Shown piece after piece: positions 27,748 through 38,900 of a stretch of 64,000 nucleotides of DNA. Position 1 is the stretch's first letter. Every line of letters starts with the position of its first letter. The position numbers and the translations under genes were made by a program. The notes beneath the pieces were generated by a model, which had not been told where the DNA came from, ran no database searches, and saw only the letters and a list, made by a program, of their open reading frames with translations. The stretch comes from a virus. Its lineage: Duplodnaviria > Caudoviricetes. The DNA lies in IMG/VR virus record IMGVR_UViG_2974692648_000001, positions 160,001-224,000 of that record. The stretch is one strand, 5' to 3'.

Positions 27748-28626
27748 ATGTTTTCTAATGCTTACGACACATACGTGGGTAAACCATTAGCACACCTAGA
27801 CCACGTCCCTTCTACGCTGAAACGTTTAGCGTTAATGAAAGACTTGGTAGACATGGGTGACGGTGTGCACACTATTAACCACAATAATGGTCAAGGTATC
27901 CCTTTCCTTAACTTCCCTCTCTCTATGGTGGGTCTAAACCGCAAACCAATTACGGTAATGGATGATCGCCCCTACACAAACAAAAACGGTCTGGTGACTA
28001 ACAACTCTGAGCGCACCGCTCTGTTGGTTACTGCTTTCGTGCAACAAGACGTCATTGAAGGTAACTTGAGTACCATTCGTTCTACTTCATCTGTAGTGGG
28101 TCGAGCTGTTTCCCGAGCTTGGGGTAGTCAGATCGTTCGTACCGCAGGTTTAGAAGAAGAGAAAGCACTTAGCATTTACGTTATCCTAATGCACTACTAC
28201 AACTGTCTTATTAATAAAGATGAAGGTGACTTGATCTTTGTTACACAAAACATGTGCCAACAAGCCATGGGTATCCCTCGTAACCGCAGCCTTGAAGTTC
28301 TGGAACAAATTGGTTACATCAATACACTTCCTCAGCTGCATGAGACTTTGGTTAACTACCCAGGCATGTACAAGCTGAAGAACCTTAAGTTGAAAGACTT
28401 GGTTGCACTAGGTCAACGTATCTGGTATTCGGCGACAGGTAAACAGATTGTTGGTGCAGGTCTGGAACATCCACCATTGTTAATCGGGATGTGTGCGGCA
28501 ACCGTGGCTAACAAAAACGCTTACGGTAAAACACCACTAGGAATGCAGCTGGATCCTAAGTACAATGAGAAAGGTAACCGTTCATTAATGATGACTATCA
28601 CTAACTCTTACCCTATCATTCTTTAA
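27748..28626 (+). CDS. Virion structural protein (phiKZ gp28-like)
   Basis: 292 aa; MF..AYDT..G start and LEHPP motif; synteny. Confidence 0.7.
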   Translation: MFSNAYDTYVGKPLAHLDHVPSTLKRLALMKDLVDMGDGVHTINHNNGQGIPFLNFPLSMVGLNRKPITVMDDRPYTNKNGLVTNNSERTALLVTAFVQQDVIEGNLSTIRSTSSVVGRAVSRAWGSQIVRTAGLEEEKALSIYVILMHYYNCLINKDEGDLIFVTQNMCQQAMGIPRNRSLEVLEQIGYINTLPQLHETLVNYPGMYKLKNLKLKDLVALGQRIWYSATGKQIVGAGLEHPPLLIGMCAATVANKNAYGKTPLGMQLDPKYNEKGNRSLMMTITNSYPIIL

Positions 28627-28650
28627 CTATCACACGTCCAAGGGGTCTTT

Positions 28651-31233
28651 ATGACAGCCAATAACTACAGCAGCCCCTTAGCGCGTTACGCCATTAAAGA
28701 GATGTACTCTAACCCTGGGGTGGCTCGTCAGTTTCAATTGCAGCTGACGCAGGTCTCCCCGGACGTTGGGTATATCAACGTCTTCCAATTCATGGGGCGT
28801 TATATTAAAACACCGATCGAACGAGAATACTTTTTGATGTTTAACATGGCGGGCTTTGACGGCTCGACATGGAACTTCAAAGACTTACTCACCAGAGTAG
28901 ACCCGGTGAACAAATGGATTAACGTAGCTAAGATCTGTAAAGATCGCGGGATGATTATCGACATCTATGGAGATGACGGTCGTCTATACCCTAGGGATAA
29001 ATGTTGGGTGATGTCTACTTATGACGGACAACACATCCTTGCTATCCAAAAACTAAGGGCTTTCAAATACGGTTGGGAACAAGCACGTTACTTACACTGC
29101 TATACAGTCCAGACCGATTTGTACAACCCAGTAACTAATCCTGATAATAAAGACTGGCCTCGCTTTACTTCTAACAATGGCAACAGTGTTGAAGAAAAAG
29201 ATCGAATGAAGATCATTTACAGCGAGTACAAAAACCTTCCAGGATTGACCTCTGTTTATTTGAACGGGTATTTGTGGAATGGCTTCCCTAGTGATAGTCA
29301 GCTACTAGGTTCAGAGACCATCGAGATCACCAACGACCCGAGTGTTTGGAAAACTGAGACCTACGCCATTGATTCCCTACAGAACTTTTATTCTATCCGG
29401 GATGAAACTCGTAAGCTTATCATCCACCCTAAGAAAGAAGAAGGGGACTTCCTTTACCGTTACGTTTCAGACGTTTCGTTCTACTTAGTGGAAGGAAAGG
29501 GACGTGGCATTTACTTGCATCGAAACCGAGCTAGTAACTTCCGTCAGTTAACACACCGAGACTTTGCTGTGGATTCTACCTTAGTGGATGACATGAGTAA
29601 CTTGGAAGACATGTTAAAGGACGAAACACGCTACTTGCGATTGGTGTATCGTAAAAACGATTATGCTCAAGAAATGCAGCACGAGTCTAGCGGAGTTCGT
29701 TATTTGTACCGCATGAATGACCAAAACATCGTCGGTGCGTTAGTAGGAATTAACTCCACGGTGGAAGAGTGGAAAGCAGCCAACCTAGAGAACGCTGAAA
29801 CTAACCTTTACTTAGACCGCCCTTACGGTGAGTTAACTCACGAGCAAGCGGTGGAAGCGATTGGGTATAACCGAGCAACTCAGGTGTTGTGTGGCACACC
29901 CGTTTCTTATGACCCTACTAGTGGAATGGAACTGGATGTACCTCCAGCGTGTCGAGAACACTTGACGTTATTTGAATATGACGCAGACGGCTTGTTCTTA
30001 AGAATGCGGGACTTCGCCAAGATACGACACGTGTTACCTTCACCGGACGCTCACCTGGTTGAATTCTATCCTGGGAAACCTGGCTTACGAATCCACATGG
30101 ATATCGGTCGGGACACGATGGTGGTGGATAAAAACACAACCCCGCGTTTTTATTACCAGAAAGTCACTACCGAAGGTAATTTGGTTGGGGAACGTTTCTA
30201 CGCGGTGGAAGGGGAACACTACACCTTTGACCGTGAAACTGGTACGGTCAACTGGGGATTACCTAGTTCCATGTTTATTGGCATGATTTTGTACAATGAC
30301 CAAACGTTGTACAAAGAGTTTACTCTAGATCATATCGATAACTCATTGTCTTTCAGTGTTACCGAGGAATGGGTGCAAGGCGGGATGCTTACTGATGTTG
30401 CCCCGGCTAACATCATGGTGATTATGAATCGTCGCTCGTTAATTGAAAATGTCGATTACGTGGTTCGTTTCCCTCACATCTATATTGTGAATCACCAGTA
30501 CCTGAAAGCTGACGGTAATGACTTCGTACTTTATTGTAGCGAGTGGAGTCCTATTAGTGATACAGAGCCTGTAGAGCAAACTGAGCTTGGTTACGTTACA
30601 GGTGGGGTGATTGGTCACAATACTCGCTACAACATCCGAGAGGACCGTGTGACGCGCACTACCATAGGTGGTAAAGTTTGGGATCCACTGAAAGTACCGG
30701 TTGCGGAGTTACATCCCCCTAGTGAGTTATTAAACCCGTACAATGGTCTTCCTTATGGTGTGAAACACTGGTACTTACCAATTCGTGATTGGGTTCCTTA
30801 TGACCTGACAGCAGGATGGAAAGAAGCTCGGGACCAAGACAAACGTATGAGTGATTACTTGACGTTGTTTGCCCGTAAACCAGAACCAGAAGTAATTCCA
30901 AGTTTGATGGACAAGTATCGAGTATTCAGTCCCTTTATGAATGCGGTTGTTAACCAGATACTTTTAGGTTTAATCGAACTGGATGACCTACCTCCGGGGG
31001 AATCTTACTCGGAAGACTATGTATTGCGTAAAACAGCGGAGTTCCAATGGTTGTTAGAACACGACCCCGTTACTCGCAACTACGATAGACGGTACTTTGC
31101 CGTATTCCCTTATGTTCAACAAACGATGGTTTCGGTTACTCCTAAGGAACTCATCTTCATCCGACGTATTAACGAGGTGTTCTTACAAAGCCGCGTTAAT
31201 ATAAATGGACACTTTGAGGTTAAACATGTTTGA
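28651..31233 (+). CDS. Virion structural protein (phiKZ gp27-like, probable baseplate/tail component)
   Basis: 860 aa; FRQLTHRDF, LIENVDY and YNIREDRV motifs; synteny. Confidence 0.75.
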   Translation: MTANNYSSPLARYAIKEMYSNPGVARQFQLQLTQVSPDVGYINVFQFMGRYIKTPIEREYFLMFNMAGFDGSTWNFKDLLTRVDPVNKWINVAKICKDRGMIIDIYGDDGRLYPRDKCWVMSTYDGQHILAIQKLRAFKYGWEQARYLHCYTVQTDLYNPVTNPDNKDWPRFTSNNGNSVEEKDRMKIIYSEYKNLPGLTSVYLNGYLWNGFPSDSQLLGSETIEITNDPSVWKTETYAIDSLQNFYSIRDETRKLIIHPKKEEGDFLYRYVSDVSFYLVEGKGRGIYLHRNRASNFRQLTHRDFAVDSTLVDDMSNLEDMLKDETRYLRLVYRKNDYAQEMQHESSGVRYLYRMNDQNIVGALVGINSTVEEWKAANLENAETNLYLDRPYGELTHEQAVEAIGYNRATQVLCGTPVSYDPTSGMELDVPPACREHLTLFEYDADGLFLRMRDFAKIRHVLPSPDAHLVEFYPGKPGLRIHMDIGRDTMVVDKNTTPRFYYQKVTTEGNLVGERFYAVEGEHYTFDRETGTVNWGLPSSMFIGMILYNDQTLYKEFTLDHIDNSLSFSVTEEWVQGGMLTDVAPANIMVIMNRRSLIENVDYVVRFPHIYIVNHQYLKADGNDFVLYCSEWSPISDTEPVEQTELGYVTGGVIGHNTRYNIREDRVTRTTIGGKVWDPLKVPVAELHPPSELLNPYNGLPYGVKHWYLPIRDWVPYDLTAGWKEARDQDKRMSDYLTLFARKPEPEVIPSLMDKYRVFSPFMNAVVNQILLGLIELDDLPPGESYSEDYVLRKTAEFQWLLEHDPVTRNYDRRYFAVFPYVQQTMVSVTPKELIFIRRINEVFLQSRVNINGHFEVKHV

Positions 31234-34200
31234 GAAAGATTTAAAAAGTCCCTCTCAGTCATCCGTCATTCCGGGAGCTGGTCCACAGCTCCCTAATGAA
31301 AATGACCGTGGGCGTATGCACTATATCTGGGAGATTTATGATCCAGATACAGTGAAACCGGGTGAAGCGCATCGTTATGTAGTTCCCCGAGAAAAAGAAA
31401 TCGTAATTGATCCTATCGCAGAAAAGAACTACGTGGTCACCCGCGTTAACTGGGAATCGGATTTAAAATCTACACTGGAACCTATCTTTGATAATGGTGA
31501 AGGCGATGGTGGTGCGGATGGCATCTTTGGCCTCCCTTCTGGTTTCCAAGGTGAGGCTGTCGTTGCAATTGACTACTCAGTCCGTCCTAACCGTGCTGTG
31601 ATCGATGGTCAGGTTATGGCTCCGGGCGCGGCGTACGCGTTGTTGTACGAAGGCAACACCGTAGGAGATGACGGCAAAGTTATCTCTGTTGTATACTCTA
31701 ACAACAACCAGTTAGTATCGAACCGCGTCCCAGTTACACTGGCAGCTTACCATGAGCTCAGCAACAAAGAGATCATGATTACTCAACCGTTCTCTGTGAA
31801 CCGTAATCCTGATGAGTTGCCGGATGGGGCACGCTGTACTTTGGTTTGGTACGATATCAACGGTAACGTGATTCCTAAAGCCCGTACGTTGTCAGTCCAA
31901 CACACTGCAATGATGCGTGACCACCAAGTTGGTAAACGTTACATCACCCGTGTCGAGCTCGTGGCTCCTTGGTTCCTGAACACCAGTGATCCTAAAACGC
32001 TGAACGTTCCAGTCAACACTATGTTGCAGAACTTAGCGTTCCGTGCAGTAGTGCACTACAGTGATGGTTCTAAGTCAGACGAGCTTAGTATTGACGGTCA
32101 AAAGATTCAGCTACTTGGGTTAAACGAACACAAACCATCTACACCTAGTCAGCGCGGTACGTTGACCTTGGTTTATAACTTAGATTCGGATGAGTACATC
32201 TACGAAGCACAACCTGGCAACCCTAACCAGTTCCGTGATTCTTACTGGATGTTGGCGGTACCGTTTGACGGCGCTTACTCTCCTAAACTCTACTCTTATC
32301 CGACTTGGGTAAACGGCCAATACATCCTGAAGCACTTCCTAACGGATTTAGACCGTAACTTCATGATCGACGCAACTGATCACGTACGTATTAATGAACT
32401 GTCCCCAGCTTTCCGTCCTACCACTTACGGTGTGGAACAAACGCTGGAACTGAACTGTCGTTTAAGTGACGTAGTTCCTACGTTCAAACCGATGATCATG
32501 CGTCAGTCTACAACATTCGTGTTGAAGACACCGGGTACTGAACCAGGCAGTAAGTTTGACGTTCGTTATTCTTACGATCAGGGTTCTTACTCGGACCCCA
32601 CGTTTAAGGCAGTTAACCAAGCAGACGGTCGTCAAGAAATCATCTTTGGTGGTGAATACGATGACATGGAAGATTGGTTAGAGCAGACGTACAATGCCGT
32701 TGAACCAGGGTTTAACCCGCAGCGTGAGAAAGGTCCTATTCGTCCTACTCACTTCGAAGTATTGGCGAGTTCGGGTAAAACATACGAATACGAAATCAGC
32801 CGTTATGCTGAAAAGATGTATTTGGATGTTCAAGAACCTCAAGGTCGGACTATCTACGTTCGCTGGATTCATGAATCCATTCAGGGTGATCGCTTGATTC
32901 TGGCTACCACTGGTATCTCTATTGATGTTACCGAAGGTCCAGATACAGAAACGCCAGTTCCAACTACTATCGAGTTTGACAGTTCGGTACCTAACAGTAT
33001 CGGTGAAATGCAAATCATCGAGTTCTCTGGACGTGTTTACGATCAGAAAGGTGCGTTGGTAACAGACGGTCTAACTAAGATGTTGGTTAAAGGTGGTGTG
33101 ATCTATGATTCGACACCTCGTAAGGTCGACATTGGTTTAGACGGGACATTCCGTTTCTTTACATGGTCTGAACGTGTTAGTGGTTCTACTGAAACCTTTG
33201 AATTTGATTTTGAAGTTGCAGGTGAGGAACCAGAATACTTCCTAAGCAAAGACATTCGTATCACGACCAACCCTGAACAACAAATTGGTGAGTTCTTCCC
33301 TTACACACCAACTAAGGCGAGCATTAACAAAGCGGGTCGAGCGTACGGTCAATTACTGGACGAAGAAGGTACTCCATTGCGAGACACTGAATTCTTCTCT
33401 TTTGTTGACAACGACTTGGACTCTATTCGCCGTGAGACTACGGATGAACAAGGTAAGTTCCTACTCACCCGTATCCACAAAGAAGGTCAAGATCGTACCA
33501 CGTTCCACATCGCAACTATGGGTGGTCGTAAGGAACATCTTTTACGCTGGGTGGAAACGGAACCATATGGTGACCGCATCATGCTTGATGTGGAAGACAT
33601 GGATTTCGTTGGCGAAGAACCTCTATCGGTTACAGGTCGTGTTTACGACCAATATGGTGACCTAGTAGTAGGCGTGCCGGTTAAAATCGGTTACGGTCCT
33701 TTGTGGGCTACTTACACTGATACTTTATCGGTTGAGAATGGTAAATACGAGCTAACGGGTTCTCCTAAAGAGCCGGGCATGAGTTACCAAGTGGTGGTCT
33801 GGACTGAGAACGATTTCTCCTTTGGTACAGTGGAATGGTCTGAAGCACCTAAGGTAGCCTTCGACATTGTCATGAGTCCGGATAATGCACCGGAAGCGCC
33901 GGCAGGCACCAGTGTTCGCATTTCGGGTCAGTTGGTGGATGAAGAAGGTAACAACTTCACAAGCGATAGCCGTACACCGGTTTACATGAAGGAACTGAAA
34001 GACGCGGACGAGACGATCATCTACGCTGGTTTCGATGGACGCTTTGAAGCCGAAGTAGGTCCTTACGGGGACTGGGAAGAAACCACGTTTGTGTTCCGTC
34101 TAGAAAACGGTAACCAAGGTAGTCACATGATTCGTTGGATGGGGGAACCTCCACGTCTTGCAAAGATTACATTTGACGATGGATTACCAGTAACGAGTAA

Positions 34201-35989
34201 AGTTGGTGAGTCAGTAACCCTAAGTGGCAAGACTTTCGACCAACATGATGAGGCTTACTTACCGGGCGTTCCATTTGAATTTGAAGTGGAGTTCGCAGGC
34301 ACTATCGAGAAAGCCCAATCAGACGGCAATGGCAACTGGACTTATGAAGCGGTAGGGGTTAAGTCGGGTAGTACGACTTACGGATTCTCTGCTAACAACC
34401 GTGCAGTGGGTTCTTACACCATCAACTTCACTGGTGACATAACAGTTACACCACTACCAAACGACGATCGTTTATTCCGTGTTCCTAACGGCGTTAACCG
34501 TACTATTGGCTGGTATGTGTTGGACGAGTCTGGTGCAGCTAAGGCGAACGTAACGCTGTCTTTGCGTCAAAAGGCAACGATCTATTCACCTGAACGCGAT
34601 CTCGGCACCATTACTACGGATGAACACGGCATTGCTACATTCGAAGCCCCTTATTTAGAAGGTGAAGAAAGTGGTGCTTACATCGCATCTCTGGGTGTGA
34701 AAGAAGCCACCGTCGTTGTTGGATGGAGTGATGAGTCGGGTATTAGTGTTACCATGACGCAAATGTCTGTACCTACGATTACCTACGGAAGAGAGTTGTT
34801 ATTCACTGGTGTAATGCTGGATGAAAACGGTGACCCGTTAATTCCAGATGACGTTAACACGGGCATTAGACTGGGTGGTTACGATCGCAACACGTTCGAA
34901 CACATCCCTGTTTCTATCCGCGGACTAGACCCTATTACGGGCGAGTTCACAGCGTACATGACCAGCGAGACTTTCGTTACTAAAGACATCGTGCTTTACA
35001 ACGAAGTGAACAACGAACTTCATACGGTCGAATGGGCTGCCCCAGATATTACCGGTGCGTACATTGAGTGGGATCTTTCAAGTTCACCTAGTGTGTTAGT
35101 TGCTGGTGAAACTTTCCCGTTCCGAGGTAAGATCTACCAAGCTAATGGTGAGCTATATACACCGCGTGCTCCAGAGACACTTTCTGTGACGACGGATGAA
35201 GGTCCTCATGCGGATGCAAACATCTACCAAGATGGTACAGTGATGTTAGAGATCACTAATGCATCAAGAGGTGTGCTGACTTACTCATTGTACCGTGACC
35301 CTGCGGCAACCATCGATGACTCTCTTGAGATCGAATGGGTAGAACAAGCGTCTGTGGGATTCACCCCATACTCATACAGTGAAGTCCCTCAAGGTGAATC
35401 TGGTGAAGTTTGGCTGATCTATAAGCAAGATGGTGACCAACCAATCCAATACCGTGATGTATTAGTGGGAGTTGGTAATCCGGGTCCGGATAACGTTCCT
35501 AGAACACTTACTACCGATGAATTCGGTATTGTGAAAGTCACGTTACCTTACAACGACACCGAATCAAGTAAGTCTATTGCCGGCATCTTAGGGGAAACGG
35601 TTCCACTAGCCATCCATAACCTCACATGGGTTGAGGATACTGTTAAAGTGGGTACTTCTTTCCGTGACCTATCAGTCCCTAGTAAAGTAGAGATTGGTGC
35701 GGAAGTGGAAGTCGTCGGTGAGGTGTTGGATAAATCCGGCGCTCTTACTGATTACAACGGAGTAGGTATTTACGATAAGACCACTCATACTTTCCACGAA
35801 AATGCCGTGAACTCGGATGGTAGCTTTAGTGTCAAACTAGGACCTTTGAACGAAGGTGACCATCATTTAGTAGTTTACACGGGTGCTGAAATTTCAGAGC
35901 ACGTTGTGCGTTGGGATTCAAGCTTTGTTAATTTTGACTCTGTTGGGATTGATGAAAGCTCTAACCGTGTGGCGTTAATCACTAAATAG
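31226..35989 (+). CDS. gp26-like virion protein (first ~570 aa) fused to ~1000 aa of Ig-like repeats
   Basis: ATG 31226 follows the RBS GAGGT. A non-repetitive N-terminal region (GAYSPKLYSYP) runs to ~32930, followed by G.v.DQ.G / TDE.G repeats. Confidence 0.8.
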   Translation: MFEKDLKSPSQSSVIPGAGPQLPNENDRGRMHYIWEIYDPDTVKPGEAHRYVVPREKEIVIDPIAEKNYVVTRVNWESDLKSTLEPIFDNGEGDGGADGIFGLPSGFQGEAVVAIDYSVRPNRAVIDGQVMAPGAAYALLYEGNTVGDDGKVISVVYSNNNQLVSNRVPVTLAAYHELSNKEIMITQPFSVNRNPDELPDGARCTLVWYDINGNVIPKARTLSVQHTAMMRDHQVGKRYITRVELVAPWFLNTSDPKTLNVPVNTMLQNLAFRAVVHYSDGSKSDELSIDGQKIQLLGLNEHKPSTPSQRGTLTLVYNLDSDEYIYEAQPGNPNQFRDSYWMLAVPFDGAYSPKLYSYPTWVNGQYILKHFLTDLDRNFMIDATDHVRINELSPAFRPTTYGVEQTLELNCRLSDVVPTFKPMIMRQSTTFVLKTPGTEPGSKFDVRYSYDQGSYSDPTFKAVNQADGRQEIIFGGEYDDMEDWLEQTYNAVEPGFNPQREKGPIRPTHFEVLASSGKTYEYEISRYAEKMYLDVQEPQGRTIYVRWIHESIQGDRLILATTGISIDVTEGPDTETPVPTTIEFDSSVPNSIGEMQIIEFSGRVYDQKGALVTDGLTKMLVKGGVIYDSTPRKVDIGLDGTFRFFTWSERVSGSTETFEFDFEVAGEEPEYFLSKDIRITTNPEQQIGEFFPYTPTKASINKAGRAYGQLLDEEGTPLRDTEFFSFVDNDLDSIRRETTDEQGKFLLTRIHKEGQDRTTFHIATMGGRKEHLLRWVETEPYGDRIMLDVEDMDFVGEEPLSVTGRVYDQYGDLVVGVPVKIGYGPLWATYTDTLSVENGKYELTGSPKEPGMSYQVVVWTENDFSFGTVEWSEAPKVAFDIVMSPDNAPEAPAGTSVRISGQLVDEEGNNFTSDSRTPVYMKELKDADETIIYAGFDGRFEAEVGPYGDWEETTFVFRLENGNQGSHMIRWMGEPPRLAKITFDDGLPVTSKVGESVTLSGKTFDQHDEAYLPGVPFEFEVEFAGTIEKAQSDGNGNWTYEAVGVKSGSTTYGFSANNRAVGSYTINFTGDITVTPLPNDDRLFRVPNGVNRTIGWYVLDESGAAKANVTLSLRQKATIYSPERDLGTITTDEHGIATFEAPYLEGEESGAYIASLGVKEATVVVGWSDESGISVTMTQMSVPTITYGRELLFTGVMLDENGDPLIPDDVNTGIRLGGYDRNTFEHIPVSIRGLDPITGEFTAYMTSETFVTKDIVLYNEVNNELHTVEWAAPDITGAYIEWDLSSSPSVLVAGETFPFRGKIYQANGELYTPRAPETLSVTTDEGPHADANIYQDGTVMLEITNASRGVLTYSLYRDPAATIDDSLEIEWVEQASVGFTPYSYSEVPQGESGEVWLIYKQDGDQPIQYRDVLVGVGNPGPDNVPRTLTTDEFGIVKVTLPYNDTESSKSIAGILGETVPLAIHNLTWVEDTVKVGTSFRDLSVPSKVEIGAEVEVVGEVLDKSGALTDYNGVGIYDKTTHTFHENAVNSDGSFSVKLGPLNEGDHHLVVYTGAEISEHVVRWDSSFVNFDSVGIDESSNRVALITK

Positions 35990-35999
35990 GAAATAATAA

Positions 36000-38900
36000 A
36001 TGGCAGGTATTATCAGAGGGAACTTACTCGATGCTGAAGGCAACGAAGTAAACCCGGGTAAACCCGTCACATTAAAGGCCGTCCGATCGGACGGCCTACC
36101 TGATGTGACTATCACGACCAATGATTCTGGTCATTGGTCCTTAGAAGTGAACGCTGAAGTCGACTCTCAGGTCGACTTCACTTTTATTTACAATGGGGTG
36201 GATGTAGGAGCACACGCAGTGCGTTTCATTGAAACAGCTGAAGTAGTAACCTTGCCGTATTCTAATTTCCGCGTTAAAGTGGGTAACACTGGTGTTATTG
36301 CATTTGCGGTAAAAGACGATCAAGGTAATGGGGTTCCGTATGCGGATGTAACTATCCACCGTGACGACGAAAACTCCGAACCAGTGACAACTCTAAGGAC
36401 TGACCAATTTGGTATCGTCACTTATACGGTTCCGCCTCACAACGTTTATGAACGTGTGGGGTTCTGGGCTAAGTCTGGAGGCACTACTGCGTTTTGGGGT
36501 GTTCAGTACGAAGATGGGGAAGAAGAGTTTGCTATTTCAATGGCTAACTTCCATTACACTGAGCAATTAGGTTTGGGTAATGAACTATTAGTCATGGGCG
36601 GTGGTAATGACCCTTGGGGATCGTTAATTTACAACCCACCTAAAGTTCTTTTTAATAAAGACACTCTGACTGAGGTCACTTACACCGAGATCTCTGATGA
36701 CTTAACCAACAACGTATTCCTAACAGTCGCGGGGTTATCTGAAGGTAATCACAACTTTGTGTTTGCAATGGAATCCGAATACCGTGAGTTTGTTGTTGAA
36801 TGTGGGGACTTCCAAGAAGAAACCATTAACACAGTAAAGCGCCATTACCCGACAGCGACCAAGTTTTTTGTAAACATGTGGTCAACGCTGGAAGCGACAG
36901 TTCAAGTGGATGGTGTGGACTATAAGCCTCACGGCGTAGTTTACATGACCGTTGAGAGAAACGAAGATTCGATACAATCTTTGGTTTGGCCTAATGGTAA
37001 ATTCGGTTATCCTGTTTCTGGTAAAAACGGTGACGTCTACCAATACACCATTAAGAACGGTGACGCGGAAGTTCTGGCAGAGCATCCGGCTTACGTCGTT
37101 GATGGTAGTGTAAAACTTTGTGAATACTCAGTGGATACCCTCCCTACCTTGGGCAAGGGCACAGTTGCGTTCGCTATTGTTGATGATGAAGAGAAGCCAG
37201 TGACTGGCGGGTTTACTCTCGTTAACCCTGGAACCAATGCATCTGAACAAGTTGAGGTTACTGACGAATTTGGTATCGTTGAAGTAGAAGTAAGTCGTGC
37301 TTCAGGTGAGAATGAAACATTCGTGTTGTGTAGTATCGGTGGGTTTGCTAGTGTGAATCACAAAGTTACCTTCACTGGCGCTCCTGTGGCTTCTGAGTTC
37401 CGTAACTTGGATATCCCAACACAAGGTGATACTGAGACTCCTATCACTGTAACAGGGCAAGTCTACGACCAAGGTGGAAGTGCATTTAAACCACCTCGAT
37501 TGGGTGTGTTTGATAAACAGAGCTTAACACATCAAGCATTCGACGCTTCTCTTATCGGAAGTGACGGTACGTTCTCTTTTGAGTATGGTCCTTTGTCACA
37601 AGGTCAACACGACCTCGTCTTAGGTTCTTCAGGTATCATCTCTGAGAAACGCACACATTGGTCCATTGGTTTCCCTGATGGTCTTCGCACCGAACGCATG
37701 AACTACTCCACATACCCTAACGCTTATGTTGGTGACGACGCTATTGTGGCAGTCCGTGCAAGTATCGTAGAAGACGGGTTACTGGTTCCTGTTGTCGGTG
37801 TTCCTGCGACAGCTTACATCAATGGCCCTGGTGTGACCGACGTTGAACTGGAAACTAAGTTAACTGACGCTAACGGTATTGCGGAATTCAACATCCCGGC
37901 TTCAGTCAATGAAACTACCTTAAACGGCAACTACGCCATCACGATGGTGGTCGGCCCTAACGTAGTTAGAACTGACATTACTTGGTTGGAAGGTTCTGAT
38001 GTAATATCAGGGTTTAGTGACTTGGATTACAACCCGACCATTAATACTGGTGGTGAACTGGTTTACACCTACCGTCCTTTAAACCAAGACGGCCAACCAA
38101 TGGCGGACCGTGGCGTTTACGTGACTCCGATAGATCATTTCCAGATTGGTGCTTACAATGCTACCATTTATGAAAATGCTGACGGGTCCTACACTGCGGA
38201 ATTCCCAACAATGGAAGACGGGACTTACGACGTTGTATTCCATTCAGGAAACGCTCAGGAACGCATGTCATTGACTTGGGGTGCGTATCCGGTAATCAAC
38301 CCTACCTCAGTACTACTTGACTTCCTATCACCTACCTCTGGTGTAGTAGGAAGTGACGCTATTGTGTCGGGTAAGATTGTGGATGAGAACGGTAGTGTGA
38401 TCCGACCTACCGCTGGAATGCGTTTAACTGTTCGTGATGAAACTGGCTCAGAAATCCACGTTAGGGTTAAACCTGATGGGTCTTGGTCATTCGCTGCGAA
38501 CTCCACCATCGCTAAGACTAAGTCTTACAACATCCTGCATAGCGGAACAAACCTCTATGTTCATCAGATCGATTTCCATGAAACTCCTACGGTTACTTTC
38601 ACCGACTACACTGGTGACAAAGTCGCTAAGACTCACGAGGCGATGTTAGCTACTGTGGTTAAGGATGTGGATGGTAACGGCATTCCAGGGATGTTGGTGG
38701 AGTACAAGAACGATGACACTCACTACGGTTCAGTAATCACTGATGAGTTTGGTATCGCGGAATTCACTATTCCGTTTAACCTAGAGACCATCGTTTCCCC
38801 TACAGTAGAACAGGATTATGTTGTTGCTCATATTAGCGACACTATCTCTGATGACGTTACTGTTCGTTGGGCAGGTGATGATGAAAACTCCGCAATTGAA